The notes under the pieces are model-generated. The model had not been told where the DNA came from. It ran no database searches and saw only the letters and a list, made by a program, of their open reading frames with translations. From a candidate division WOR-3 bacterium (lineage in GTDB: Bacteria > Hydrothermota > 32-111): a stretch of 64,000 nt of DNA. Each line of letters starts with the position of its first letter. Positions within the stretch are counted from its first letter, which is position 1. The stretch covers positions 116,255 to 180,254 of the forward strand of contig JBBFKX010000003.1 of NCBI GenBank assembly GCA_037481815.1. The letters run 5' to 3'. Shown piece after piece: positions 31,653 through 40,571 of this stretch. Position numbers and translations under genes: made by a program.

Positions 31653-32886
31653 ATTTGAAGATAAAATCACTCTTTGAAAACATTGAAGGGAAATTTTTAT
31701 AGGATTTTATTCCAAGGATCAGAGTTCTAATGTTGTCAACATAGGTTAAATAGTTCTCCAATTTTGCAGGATCTATCGAAACATTTTTCTCATTTTTAAT
31801 TTTTAAAGGATTTATAAACTTGTCATTTTTTTTCACCGCAAAATGGAGATGGTATCCGGTTGCATAACCTGTTTTTCCAACATAACCGATAACTTCACCC
31901 TGTTTCACAAACTTTCCAACCTTAACATTTTTTGAATAAGAATGAAGATGACAGTACTCACTCTGATACCCATTTTCATGATCAATTTTTATCGTCTTTC
32001 CACCGATATAGTTGTATCCAACAAAAATTATATAACCATCAGACGCAGCGTACACTGGAGTTTTCTTTGGAGCAGAATAATCAACAGCATAGTGGGGAAT
32101 GTATCTTTTCAAAATCGGATGATATCTTTTCGAAGTGAAAGTGGACGATATTCTGTAATAGGTTGCAAGAGGTGATTTTAAAAATCTTCCTTCAAGAGAG
32201 TTACCATTCTGATCGTAATAGATCTTACCATTTCCATCATCGTACAAAAAAGCTTCATACAGATTCTCATTGTTTTCAAAAGAGGCATACAAAATGTCCC
32301 CATACTGATAGAATTCATTGTCTATATATTTTTTTTCAAAAAGTATTGTAAATTTATCTCCTTTTTTCACTTCTGAAAAAACATCTATTCTCCAGTCAAA
32401 AATCTTGGTAAATTTTAAAGCCAATTTTTCGGTTTCACCTTTTTGTTTGATAGCGTTCACAATGTTATCCTCAACCTCACCTTCTATAAACTCTATAGAA
32501 ACAGTCGGTTCATGGCTTAAAACATAAGAATTATATTTAGAGGTGTATTCAACGATATATGTTTTTGAAAGATCATTTTTGTATTCAAGTCTTCTGAAAT
32601 TGAAATTTTCATCAGTAAAAATGAATATCTCATCGTTAATATCTATCTTTTTGGGAGGATAAATTTTTGAAAAATATTTTATTATGGAATCGATAACATC
32701 GTTTTTAAGATGAGACCTTCTTAAAATCCCAACAAAGGTTTCTCCTTTTGTAATCTCATATTTTACACCAATATAATCTTTTCTTTGATTTTCAATATCT
32801 TTTTTTACCTCACCTTTAAGAAATCTAACATATACAAAAGATGTTAGCAGAAAAATTAAAAATGACAGATAGAAAATCTTTTTCAA
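31618..32886 (-). CDS. M23 family metallopeptidase
   Basis: HxxxD and HLH motifs (HYAVDY..., GYHLHFAV) in the C-terminal LytM domain; N-terminal membrane anchor. Confidence 0.8.
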   Translation of the reverse strand: MKKIFYLSFLIFLLTSFVYVRFLKGEVKKDIENQRKDYIGVKYEITKGETFVGILRRSHLKNDVIDSIIKYFSKIYPPKKIDINDEIFIFTDENFNFRRLEYKNDLSKTYIVEYTSKYNSYVLSHEPTVSIEFIEGEVEDNIVNAIKQKGETEKLALKFTKIFDWRIDVFSEVKKGDKFTILFEKKYIDNEFYQYGDILYASFENNENLYEAFLYDDGNGKIYYDQNGNSLEGRFLKSPLATYYRISSTFTSKRYHPILKRYIPHYAVDYSAPKKTPVYAASDGYIIFVGYNYIGGKTIKIDHENGYQSEYCHLHSYSKNVKVGKFVKQGEVIGYVGKTGYATGYHLHFAVKKNDKFINPLKIKNEKNVSIDPAKLENYLTYVDNIRTLILGIKSYKNFPSMFSKSDFIFKYANTLGKSPNI

Positions 32887-33737
32887 TCTTTTAAACCACT
32901 CCTTGAATAACTTTCTATTATCTGTCTCTGCGCAACAAAGAACATTATGATAAGCGGTAAAACAACAAATGTTGATGCAGCCATAAGTAAGGTATAATTT
33001 GTTGATTGTTCTTGAATGAAATATGCAAGACCTACCTGAACCGGTCGAATGGAGTCAGAGTTGGTTACCACAAGCGGCCAGATAAACGAGTTCCATGAGG
33101 ACAGAATAGAAAATATCGATATGGTTGTTAATGCGGGCTTTGAAAGTGGGACAACAACTTTAAACAAAAAACCTATATCAGAGTATCCATCGATCACAGC
33201 AGCATCATAAAGATCTCTTGGTATAGTTTTGAAATGTTGTCTTAACAGGAATATCGAAAAAACATTAGCCATCCAGGGCACGATTTGAGCATAATAGGTA
33301 TCAATCCAACCCATCTTTTGCAAAATCATATAACCTGGAACTATATAAACAGGCATTGGAATCATCATAAGACCAAGTAAAGAAACAAAAAGGATCTCAC
33401 GACCTTTGAAATCCAATCTTGCGAAAGCATAGGCAGCGAGTATCGAAGTAAACAGTGTCCCGGCAAGTTGTACGAGAGCGATAAAGATGGTATTTAAAAA
33501 ATATCTTGTAAAATTTACCTTGTTCCATGCTGTGACATAATTTTTCACTTGGGGATTTTCAGGCAAGATGGATGGTGGGAACTTAACCGCTTCCACAGGT
33601 GTTTTTAAAGATGTTGAAACCATCCAGAAAAATGGGAAAAGTATCGTTAACGCTATGATGATCAGAATAAGATAGGTAAAAAACATTGACAGGTTTATTC
33701 TTTTTAATCTATTCATAAAAGACATTTTTTTCTCCAT
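32883..33737 (-). CDS. carbohydrate ABC transporter permease (MalG-type)
   Basis: 6 TM, EAA loop YDAAVIDGYSDIGFLFKVVVPL. Confidence 0.88.
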   Translation of the reverse strand: MEKKMSFMNRLKRINLSMFFTYLILIIIALTILFPFFWMVSTSLKTPVEAVKFPPSILPENPQVKNYVTAWNKVNFTRYFLNTIFIALVQLAGTLFTSILAAYAFARLDFKGREILFVSLLGLMMIPMPVYIVPGYMILQKMGWIDTYYAQIVPWMANVFSIFLLRQHFKTIPRDLYDAAVIDGYSDIGFLFKVVVPLSKPALTTISIFSILSSWNSFIWPLVVTNSDSIRPVQVGLAYFIQEQSTNYTLLMAASTFVVLPLIIMFFVAQRQIIESYSRSGLKD

Positions 33738-34647
33738 ATTTTTTCTGGACGATGGTTAAAAAGAGTATTATCAAAAAAAGTATAAAAGCTATGGCTGTAC
33801 CATAACCATATTTTCCATAGTTGAACGCCATATCGTAAAGATAATAAACGATAACATTTGTTGTTCCAAGAGGTCCACCAGCAGGAGGTCCGGTCATCAT
33901 CCAGACGGGAGCAAAAACCTGAAAACTTGTTATCGTTGTCATTATAAAAACATAGAAAGTCGTTGGGGAAAGTAATGGTAATGTTATATGCCTGAATACC
34001 TGCCAGTTTGATGCTCCATCAATTTTTGCAGATTCATAGTAATGTTCCGGGATATTCTGGAGTCCAGCAAGAAAAATAATCACATTGTATCCTATGGATT
34101 TCCAGATCGTCATTATCGATAAAGAAAAAAGAGCAAGAGAAGGTCCTTCAAGAATTTTCGGTAGATCGGTTTGAAAAATCATTTCAAAAATTCCTCTCGG
34201 TTCTTCAAGCCATTTTAATGGGGAGATTCCAAGAGATGTCAAAATGTAATTGGCAATACCAATCTTCGGATGGTATATCCATTTCCATACAAAGGATATC
34301 GCAATTATAGATGTGACCTCTGGAAGAAAATAGGTTGTTCTGAAAAAACCCTTGAATTTTATCTTCTGGTTTAAAAGAATAGCGATGAACATCGATATCA
34401 TGATCGTACCTGGCAGTACCATTATAACATACCAGAGTGTGTTCAACAACGATTGATAAAATTTTTCATCTCTGAAAATTTCCAGATAGTTTCCAAAACC
34501 AACGAAAGATCCTTTTCCAGCGATTCCCCAATTAAAAAAACTGATAAAAAAGGATAAAATTATTGGAAAAAACCTGAAAACGACGAGAATTATAAGTGCC
34601 GGGGATAAGAAAAGCATCGCTTTTAAAAATTTTTTCCTTTCATTCAT
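33709..34647 (-). CDS. carbohydrate ABC transporter permease (MalF-type)
   Basis: EAA loop YESAKIDGASNWQVFRHITLPLL; start placed at the ATG of MNERKKFLKAM (34647) because the longer ORF would run through the promoter palindrome. Confidence 0.85.
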   Translation of the reverse strand: MNERKKFLKAMLFLSPALIILVVFRFFPIILSFFISFFNWGIAGKGSFVGFGNYLEIFRDEKFYQSLLNTLWYVIMVLPGTIMISMFIAILLNQKIKFKGFFRTTYFLPEVTSIIAISFVWKWIYHPKIGIANYILTSLGISPLKWLEEPRGIFEMIFQTDLPKILEGPSLALFSLSIMTIWKSIGYNVIIFLAGLQNIPEHYYESAKIDGASNWQVFRHITLPLLSPTTFYVFIMTTITSFQVFAPVWMMTGPPAGGPLGTTNVIVYYLYDMAFNYGKYGYGTAIAFILFLIILFLTIVQKKYGEKNVFYE

Positions 34648-34677
34648 AATATATTTAGATTTTATATTATCAGAATT

Positions 34678-34723
34678 TTTTGTCAACATTCTGGTTGACA
34701 AAATTTTCTTATATATATAGAAT
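34678..34723. promoter_or_regulatory. palindromic divergent promoter region (TTTTGTCAAC-n6-GTTGACAAAA)
   Basis: Perfect 10-bp inverted arms at 34678-34687 and 34694-34703. Plus strand: TTGACA (34695-34700), 17 nt, TAGAAT (34718-34723). Minus strand: TTGACA (34686-34681), 16 nt, TAAAAT (34664-34659). Confidence 0.5.
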
Positions 34724-34752
34724 AGTTTTGTCAAATTAAAAAAGGAGTGTCT

Positions 34753-35901
34753 ATGTTCAACATCAACAAGGAAAGGTTGATCAACGATTTTTTAAATATG
34801 GTCAGGATAAACTCTGAATCATATGAAGAAAAATTGATGGGTGATTATTGTAAAAAAATTCTCAGGGATGAGTTCGGACTTGAAATATATGAAGATGATG
34901 CTTCGTTGAAAATCGGATCAAACCAGTCCAACATAATTGCAAAATATAGAGGAAACCCCCGTAAAAAAACTTTACTTTTCTGTGCTCATATTGATACTGT
35001 AAAACCCGGAAAAAATATAAATCCTATTTATGAAAATGGTAAAATTACATCGGATGGTAAAACTATTCTTGGTGCTGATGACAAATCAGGTATAGCATCC
35101 CTTTTTGAAGCGTTAAGGATAGTAAAAGAAAACGAACTCGATGTTCCAGATATCGAAATAGTGTTAACTGTGGCTGAAGAGGTCGGACTTAAAGGAGCAA
35201 AAAACCTCGATTTTTCAGTTTTGAAGGCAAAGGAAGGATACGCATTAGATAGTGAAGATATCGAGGGAATCTTCAACAGAGCACCATCTCAAAATTTCAT
35301 AGACATAACGGTTGAAGGGATAGAATCACATGCTGGAATGTCTCCTGAAAAGGGCATATCTGCGATTAAAGTTTTAAGTGATGCGATTTCAAACATGCCA
35401 TTTGGAAGGATCGACAGTGAAACAACTGCAAACATAGGAGTTATCGAAGGTGGACTCGCCTCAAACATAGTTGCAAAAAGATGTTCTATTAAAGGAGAGG
35501 TTAGAAGTCACGACGAGGAAAGGTTGAAATATTATACAGAAAAAGTTAAAGAGGCAGTTTACAACGCAATAAGTAGAAATAGAATCACTTTGCCTGATGG
35601 ATCTGTAAAAACTGCAACATGTAAAATTGAAGTTGAGAAAGCATACTCTGCAATGTATGTGAAAGAGGATGAGCCTGTTTTACAGAGAGCGATAAATGTT
35701 TATAAGAATCTTAAAATTCCTTACCGAATTCTAACAGGTGGTGGTGGTTCAGATGCAAACATTTTTAACGAACATGGTATAAAAACGATTATCTTGGGTA
35801 CTGGAATGAAAAATGTTCATACTGTCGATGAGTATATTTTTGAAAACGATCTTATCATGTTAACCAGAATAATTTTGGGTTTGATGACTTACGATCAATA
35901 G
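34753..35901 (+). CDS. M20/M25/M40 family metallopeptidase (PepT-like)
   Basis: HIDTV, ADDKSGIA and EEVGLKGA metal-ligand motifs; the ATG at 34753 is 5 nt after AAGGAG (the ORF-track start GTG 34747 lies inside the RBS). Confidence 0.85.
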   Translation: MFNINKERLINDFLNMVRINSESYEEKLMGDYCKKILRDEFGLEIYEDDASLKIGSNQSNIIAKYRGNPRKKTLLFCAHIDTVKPGKNINPIYENGKITSDGKTILGADDKSGIASLFEALRIVKENELDVPDIEIVLTVAEEVGLKGAKNLDFSVLKAKEGYALDSEDIEGIFNRAPSQNFIDITVEGIESHAGMSPEKGISAIKVLSDAISNMPFGRIDSETTANIGVIEGGLASNIVAKRCSIKGEVRSHDEERLKYYTEKVKEAVYNAISRNRITLPDGSVKTATCKIEVEKAYSAMYVKEDEPVLQRAINVYKNLKIPYRILTGGGGSDANIFNEHGIKTIILGTGMKNVHTVDEYIFENDLIMLTRIILGLMTYDQ

Positions 35902-35984
35902 TTTTGTCAGATTTTTATTGACATTTTGCTGTAAATCTTTATTATATAAAATCTATTTTTTTATAAATTTAAAAGGAGGATATT

Positions 35985-38060
35985 TTGGCTGATATTAAAA
36001 CAGGTGACATCAGAAACATAGCAATCGTTGGACACAACGGAGCAGGTAAAACAAGTTTTGGTGAAACTATACTTTTTAATACAGGTTTCACAACAAGATT
36101 GAACAAGGTCGATGAAAAAAATTCTATGCTTGACTATACCGATGAGGAAATGGCAAGGAGTATAACCATAGGTCTCAAACTTGCGACTGTAAAATGGCAG
36201 GATAAAACTATCAACTTCATCGATACACCAGGGTTCGTAGATTTCTTTGGGGAAGTCATATCGGCTTCAAAAGTTGTTGAATCTTTTATTTTCATCATCG
36301 ACGGTTCAACCGGAGTCGATCTTGGAACTGAAAATGCATGGGAACTGAGAAAGAAAGAAAAACTTGCAGGACTTTTCGTTATCAACAAGATGAAAAGAGA
36401 AAATGTTGATTATGAAAAAGTTTTTCAGGAAATAAAAAATTCACTTTCAGAAAGCGCAACTCTGATCCAACTTCCAATAGGAAGTGGACCAAACTTTAAA
36501 GGAGTGGTTGATCTTATAACCGGAAAAGCGTATGTTTACGAGAATGGTAAAAAAAGTGAAACTCAGGTTCCCGGTGATATAAAAGATTCTGTTGAAAAGA
36601 TGAAAAAAGAATTACTTGAGCAGATTGCATCATCCGATGAAACTTTGATGGAAAAGTTTTTTGCTGATAGTTTATCCCAGGAAGATATTAATACTGGATT
36701 TTTAAATGCAATCAAAAATGGAACACTCTATCCTGTATGTTTTACAGATTCTGTTGAAAATATAGGTGCTGATCTTGTGCTTGATTACATTATAAAATAT
36801 CTTCCTTCACCAGCAGATCTCAACATCAGAAGACCTATTGAATCGGAAACTTATCCAGAAAAACCAGATCAGAACTCTCCTTTCGCAGGTTTTGTTTTTA
36901 AAACAAATGTCGAAAAACATTTAGGTGATATAAACTTCGTCAGAGTATTCTCCGGGGTTTTGAAATCTGGAAGTGAAATCTACAACAGTTCAAAAAATGT
37001 TACGGAAAAAGTCAACCAGATGTATATCAATATTGGAAAAGAGAGAAAAGAGATAGATGAACTAACAACAGGAATGATAGGTGTTCTGGTAAAATTAAAA
37101 TCAACAAAAACTTCAGATACGATATGTGATAAATCGATAAACATTAAATTCCCGCCCATAGAATTCCCTCATGCAAATGTTTCAATGGCAATAATTCCTC
37201 TTGCAAAAGGTGATGAGGAAAAAATTTCAAATGGATTATCAAAACTCCATGAAGAGGATCCATCATTCTATTTCAAATTTGATCCCGAAATCAAACAGAC
37301 ACTCATACATGGACTTGGAACTATACATCTTGAAGTGATAATAAACAAATTGAAAGAAAAATTTGGAGTGAATGTCAACCTTGAAAAACCGAGGATCAAA
37401 TACAGAGAAACGATTAAAAAGACAGCATCAGCAGAAGGAAAGCATAAAAAACAATCTGGTGGAAGAGGACAGTTCGGTGTGTGTAATGTTAAATTTGAAC
37501 CACTTCCAAGGGGAACTGGATTCCAGTTCGTGGACGAGATTTTCGGTGGTGCAATTCCTGCAAAATTTGTCCCATCAGTTGAAAAAGGTATAAAAGATGC
37601 ACTTGAAAAAGGAGTTGTTGCGGGTTATCCGATAGTTGATGTAAAGGCGATCCTTTTCGACGGAAAATATCATGATGTTGATTCATCCGATATAGCGTTT
37701 CAGATAGCCGGATCACTTGCAGTAAAAGGTGCGATACCACAAGCAGATCCTGTAATCCTTGAACCTATAATGAATGTTGAGGTAACTGTCCCCGAAGAGT
37801 ATATGGGTGATATAATGGGAGATATAAACGCAAGAAGAGGAAAAATCCTTGGAACAGAACATGCTGGAAGATATCAAAAGATAAAAGCGTTGATTCCTGA
37901 AGCAGAAATGTATCAGTACTCATCTCAACTCAGATCGATGACACAGGGTAGAGGAACATTTAAAATGGAATTTGAGACATACGAAGAGGTTCCAAGAGAA
38001 AAGGTTGCAAAGATTATAGAGGAAGCGAAAAGATTTCAAGAGGAACAACAGGAGAAATGA
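35985..38060 (+). CDS. elongation factor G paralogue (EF-G2-like translational GTPase)
   Basis: G1 GHNGAGKTS, G3 DTPG, G4 NKMK, five-domain length (691 aa); TTG start after AAAGGAGG; not in a str-operon context. Confidence 0.88.
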   Translation: MADIKTGDIRNIAIVGHNGAGKTSFGETILFNTGFTTRLNKVDEKNSMLDYTDEEMARSITIGLKLATVKWQDKTINFIDTPGFVDFFGEVISASKVVESFIFIIDGSTGVDLGTENAWELRKKEKLAGLFVINKMKRENVDYEKVFQEIKNSLSESATLIQLPIGSGPNFKGVVDLITGKAYVYENGKKSETQVPGDIKDSVEKMKKELLEQIASSDETLMEKFFADSLSQEDINTGFLNAIKNGTLYPVCFTDSVENIGADLVLDYIIKYLPSPADLNIRRPIESETYPEKPDQNSPFAGFVFKTNVEKHLGDINFVRVFSGVLKSGSEIYNSSKNVTEKVNQMYINIGKERKEIDELTTGMIGVLVKLKSTKTSDTICDKSINIKFPPIEFPHANVSMAIIPLAKGDEEKISNGLSKLHEEDPSFYFKFDPEIKQTLIHGLGTIHLEVIINKLKEKFGVNVNLEKPRIKYRETIKKTASAEGKHKKQSGGRGQFGVCNVKFEPLPRGTGFQFVDEIFGGAIPAKFVPSVEKGIKDALEKGVVAGYPIVDVKAILFDGKYHDVDSSDIAFQIAGSLAVKGAIPQADPVILEPIMNVEVTVPEEYMGDIMGDINARRGKILGTEHAGRYQKIKALIPEAEMYQYSSQLRSMTQGRGTFKMEFETYEEVPREKVAKIIEEAKRFQEEQQEK

Positions 38061-38411
38061 TCATTTTAGATCATATCTTTGTTCAATATACTGTTTAAAA
38101 TCCTTTAATCCTTCAGAAAATTTGATGAAGAGAGCATCAAGAGTGCTCTCTTCATCCTGTAATATCTTATTTTTTCCAAAAATTTCAATCTTTTTGGCAA
38201 GTTCCATAAGATAGAAAAGATTAAAGTTCCCAACAACACTTTTAAACGCATGTGACTGTTTTGCAATCTGTTCAAAATCTCTTTCCTTTATCGCTTTTTC
38301 AAGCAAAGGATATCTCTGGTTGTAATCGTATATAAACGATTTCAATATATCCTTAAAATCATCGGAGTCCTTTCCAAAAAGTTCTTCAAGCGATGAAAGA
38401 TCGTAATCCAT
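38061..38411 (-). CDS. stand-alone Hpt (histidine phosphotransfer) domain protein
   Basis: 116-aa four-helix-type sequence with SHAFKSVVGNF matching the HxxKG/S...G Hpt motif. Confidence 0.6.
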   Translation of the reverse strand: MDYDLSSLEELFGKDSDDFKDILKSFIYDYNQRYPLLEKAIKERDFEQIAKQSHAFKSVVGNFNLFYLMELAKKIEIFGKNKILQDEESTLDALFIKFSEGLKDFKQYIEQRYDLK

Positions 38412-38415
38412 AAAG

Positions 38416-40524
38416 TTATGGTTTAAACCTGTAAGGTATAGTTGTCTTCATTTCTGCTGGAACCCCATCGATCGTTCCAGGATTGAATACCGCTTTGTAC
38501 GCTGCTTCAACTGCTGCGTTATCACAAGCAGGGTTCAAGGATTTTATAACCTTTGCTGAAACAACTTTTCCATCCTTTCCGACAACAACCTCAACAAAAA
38601 CTGTACCTTCAGCACCTATCTTCCTGGCAGCTTCAGGATATGCTGGTTGAATTATCTGTTTTGGGGTTGGTTGTATCACAACTGAAGGTTTCTTTTCCTC
38701 CTCTTTTTTCACGGTATCAACTGGTTGCTGTTGTTGCTGTTGAACCTGCTGGGAAAGCAACTGTGACGCTGTTGGAGTTTTTACCTGTGTCTCCTCTTTT
38801 GGTTTTGTTTCCTCTTTCACCTCTTTTTTAACATTCTTGTTGGTTTCAACAGTTTTTGTTTCCGTTTTTTGAACAGTTTCTTCAACTTTTGGTGCTGGGA
38901 AAAGCAAAGCAAAATCGATTTTCTTCTGGTTCGGTTTTTCTACATAGAATATATCAAGGTTTGAAATCGGTTCAATGTTTGAGGCATAAACGTTATCGAA
39001 AGATTTTAAAATATTGTTCGCTACTATAACCCTGTTTGGAACAAAAAGGAAAGCGTAAGGCTGATCATCAACGATTATCTGCTGGAACTCTTTCCAGTAA
39101 CCTCTTGCTTCTTCTTTGTCCATAGTTGTCATCGCAAGGTTAACGATAGAATCGACTTTTGGATTTCTGTAATCAACAAAGTTGAATCTTCCAGTTTCTT
39201 TTACTGAGGACCAGAAAGGTAGTGGATTGAAATCTTCGTTCACCTGCCATGAGAGTATGTAAATATCATAATCTTTCGAAAAGAGTTTCAAAATCAAAGA
39301 ATCTGAAGGTAACTCTTTTAAGTTAACATTTAAACCAGCATTTTTCAACTGGTTTGTAACCTCTCTTGCAACTTTTACGAGCATCGCATCATTTCTATCT
39401 GTTATGAGATTCAAAACAAACGGTTTGTTGTTGTACATGTATCCTTTTACAGGATCCTTTTTTAAAATATTTTCGACAAGTTTTATTCCATCTTTATTGT
39501 ATGAAACAGGTTTAATCTCTTCAGAATAAGCCCAGAATGATGGTGTTATCGGACCATTAGCAGGAATACCATTTTTTATCGTATTTTTTATCAGAAGATC
39601 TCTGTTTATCAATTGTGAAACACCTATTCTGAAATCTTTTGAGTCAAACGGTTTTCTTGAAAGGTTGAATCCAATATATGTATAGATGTTCCCTTTTTTC
39701 TGAATTCCCGTCACATTTTTTATCTTCGCTATCTCCTCTATGTTATCTGGTGTTATATCGTAAACAAGATCAAGTTTTCCTTCTTTGAGATCACTGATTA
39801 TAGATTGCTGATCGGTGTATATTCTGTAAACTATTTTATCTATGAAAGGTTTATCTTCCAGAGAATAGTTTTCATTTTTGACGAGTGATACATATTTACC
39901 ACTTTCCCATTTTTCGAGTTTGTATGGTCCATTTCCAACAGGTCTTGTGTTAAAATCTGAATACTGTATCTGATTTTTTTCTTTTTCAAGCAAATGTTTT
40001 GGAAGTGGTTTTATGTTTGAATCAAAAAGTGCCATGGGATAAACCTTGTTGCAATAGAAAACGATTTTATCATCAGATAATACCTTAACCGAATCTATAT
40101 TCTGTAATTTTGAAAATAACGGAGAATTGTTCTTTGGATCCTTGATCAGGTTGAAAGTGAATTCAACATCATACGCCGTAACCGGCTGTCCATCCTGCCA
40201 GACAATATCTTTTCTTAGATAATAAGTTATCTTTTTTAGATCCTCTGAATATTCCCATGAGTTTGCAAGCATGGGAACTATGTTTCCGTTGATATCAGTT
40301 TTATGGAGTGGAAGAAAGATCATATCCACTATCTCGTTATGTGCTATGAATGATGGATAAATAGGTGAAAGGTTCTCTGGTTCTCCAACTATTCCTACAA
40401 CAATTTCTCCACCTGATTCTCCAACCTGTGGTGCTCTGGATATCTTTTTTTCACATGAGATAACAAGAATTATCGCCAATATGATAAGAACTATTTTAGA
40501 AATTTTAGAAAATTGCCTCATCAA
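38416..40524 (-). CDS. lipoprotein: family-5 ABC substrate-binding domain fused to a TonB-like linker and TonB C-terminal domain
   Basis: Lipobox VISC. About 520 aa of peptide/nickel-type SBP (WQDGQPVTAYDV, NGPYKL). Then a K/E/P/T/Q-rich linker with a QQQQQQ run. The last ~77 aa, QPAYPEAARKIGAEGTVFVEVVVGKDGKV...NPG..DGVP...TIPYRF, are a TonB_C signature. Confidence 0.8.
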   Translation of the reverse strand: MMRQFSKISKIVLIILAIILVISCEKKISRAPQVGESGGEIVVGIVGEPENLSPIYPSFIAHNEIVDMIFLPLHKTDINGNIVPMLANSWEYSEDLKKITYYLRKDIVWQDGQPVTAYDVEFTFNLIKDPKNNSPLFSKLQNIDSVKVLSDDKIVFYCNKVYPMALFDSNIKPLPKHLLEKEKNQIQYSDFNTRPVGNGPYKLEKWESGKYVSLVKNENYSLEDKPFIDKIVYRIYTDQQSIISDLKEGKLDLVYDITPDNIEEIAKIKNVTGIQKKGNIYTYIGFNLSRKPFDSKDFRIGVSQLINRDLLIKNTIKNGIPANGPITPSFWAYSEEIKPVSYNKDGIKLVENILKKDPVKGYMYNNKPFVLNLITDRNDAMLVKVAREVTNQLKNAGLNVNLKELPSDSLILKLFSKDYDIYILSWQVNEDFNPLPFWSSVKETGRFNFVDYRNPKVDSIVNLAMTTMDKEEARGYWKEFQQIIVDDQPYAFLFVPNRVIVANNILKSFDNVYASNIEPISNLDIFYVEKPNQKKIDFALLFPAPKVEETVQKTETKTVETNKNVKKEVKEETKPKEETQVKTPTASQLLSQQVQQQQQQPVDTVKKEEEKKPSVVIQPTPKQIIQPAYPEAARKIGAEGTVFVEVVVGKDGKVVSAKVIKSLNPACDNAAVEAAYKAVFNPGTIDGVPAEMKTTIPYRFKP

Positions 40525-40571
40525 TCCTCCTTTTATTTATTTAAAGATTATTATTTAAAATTTTGAATTTG

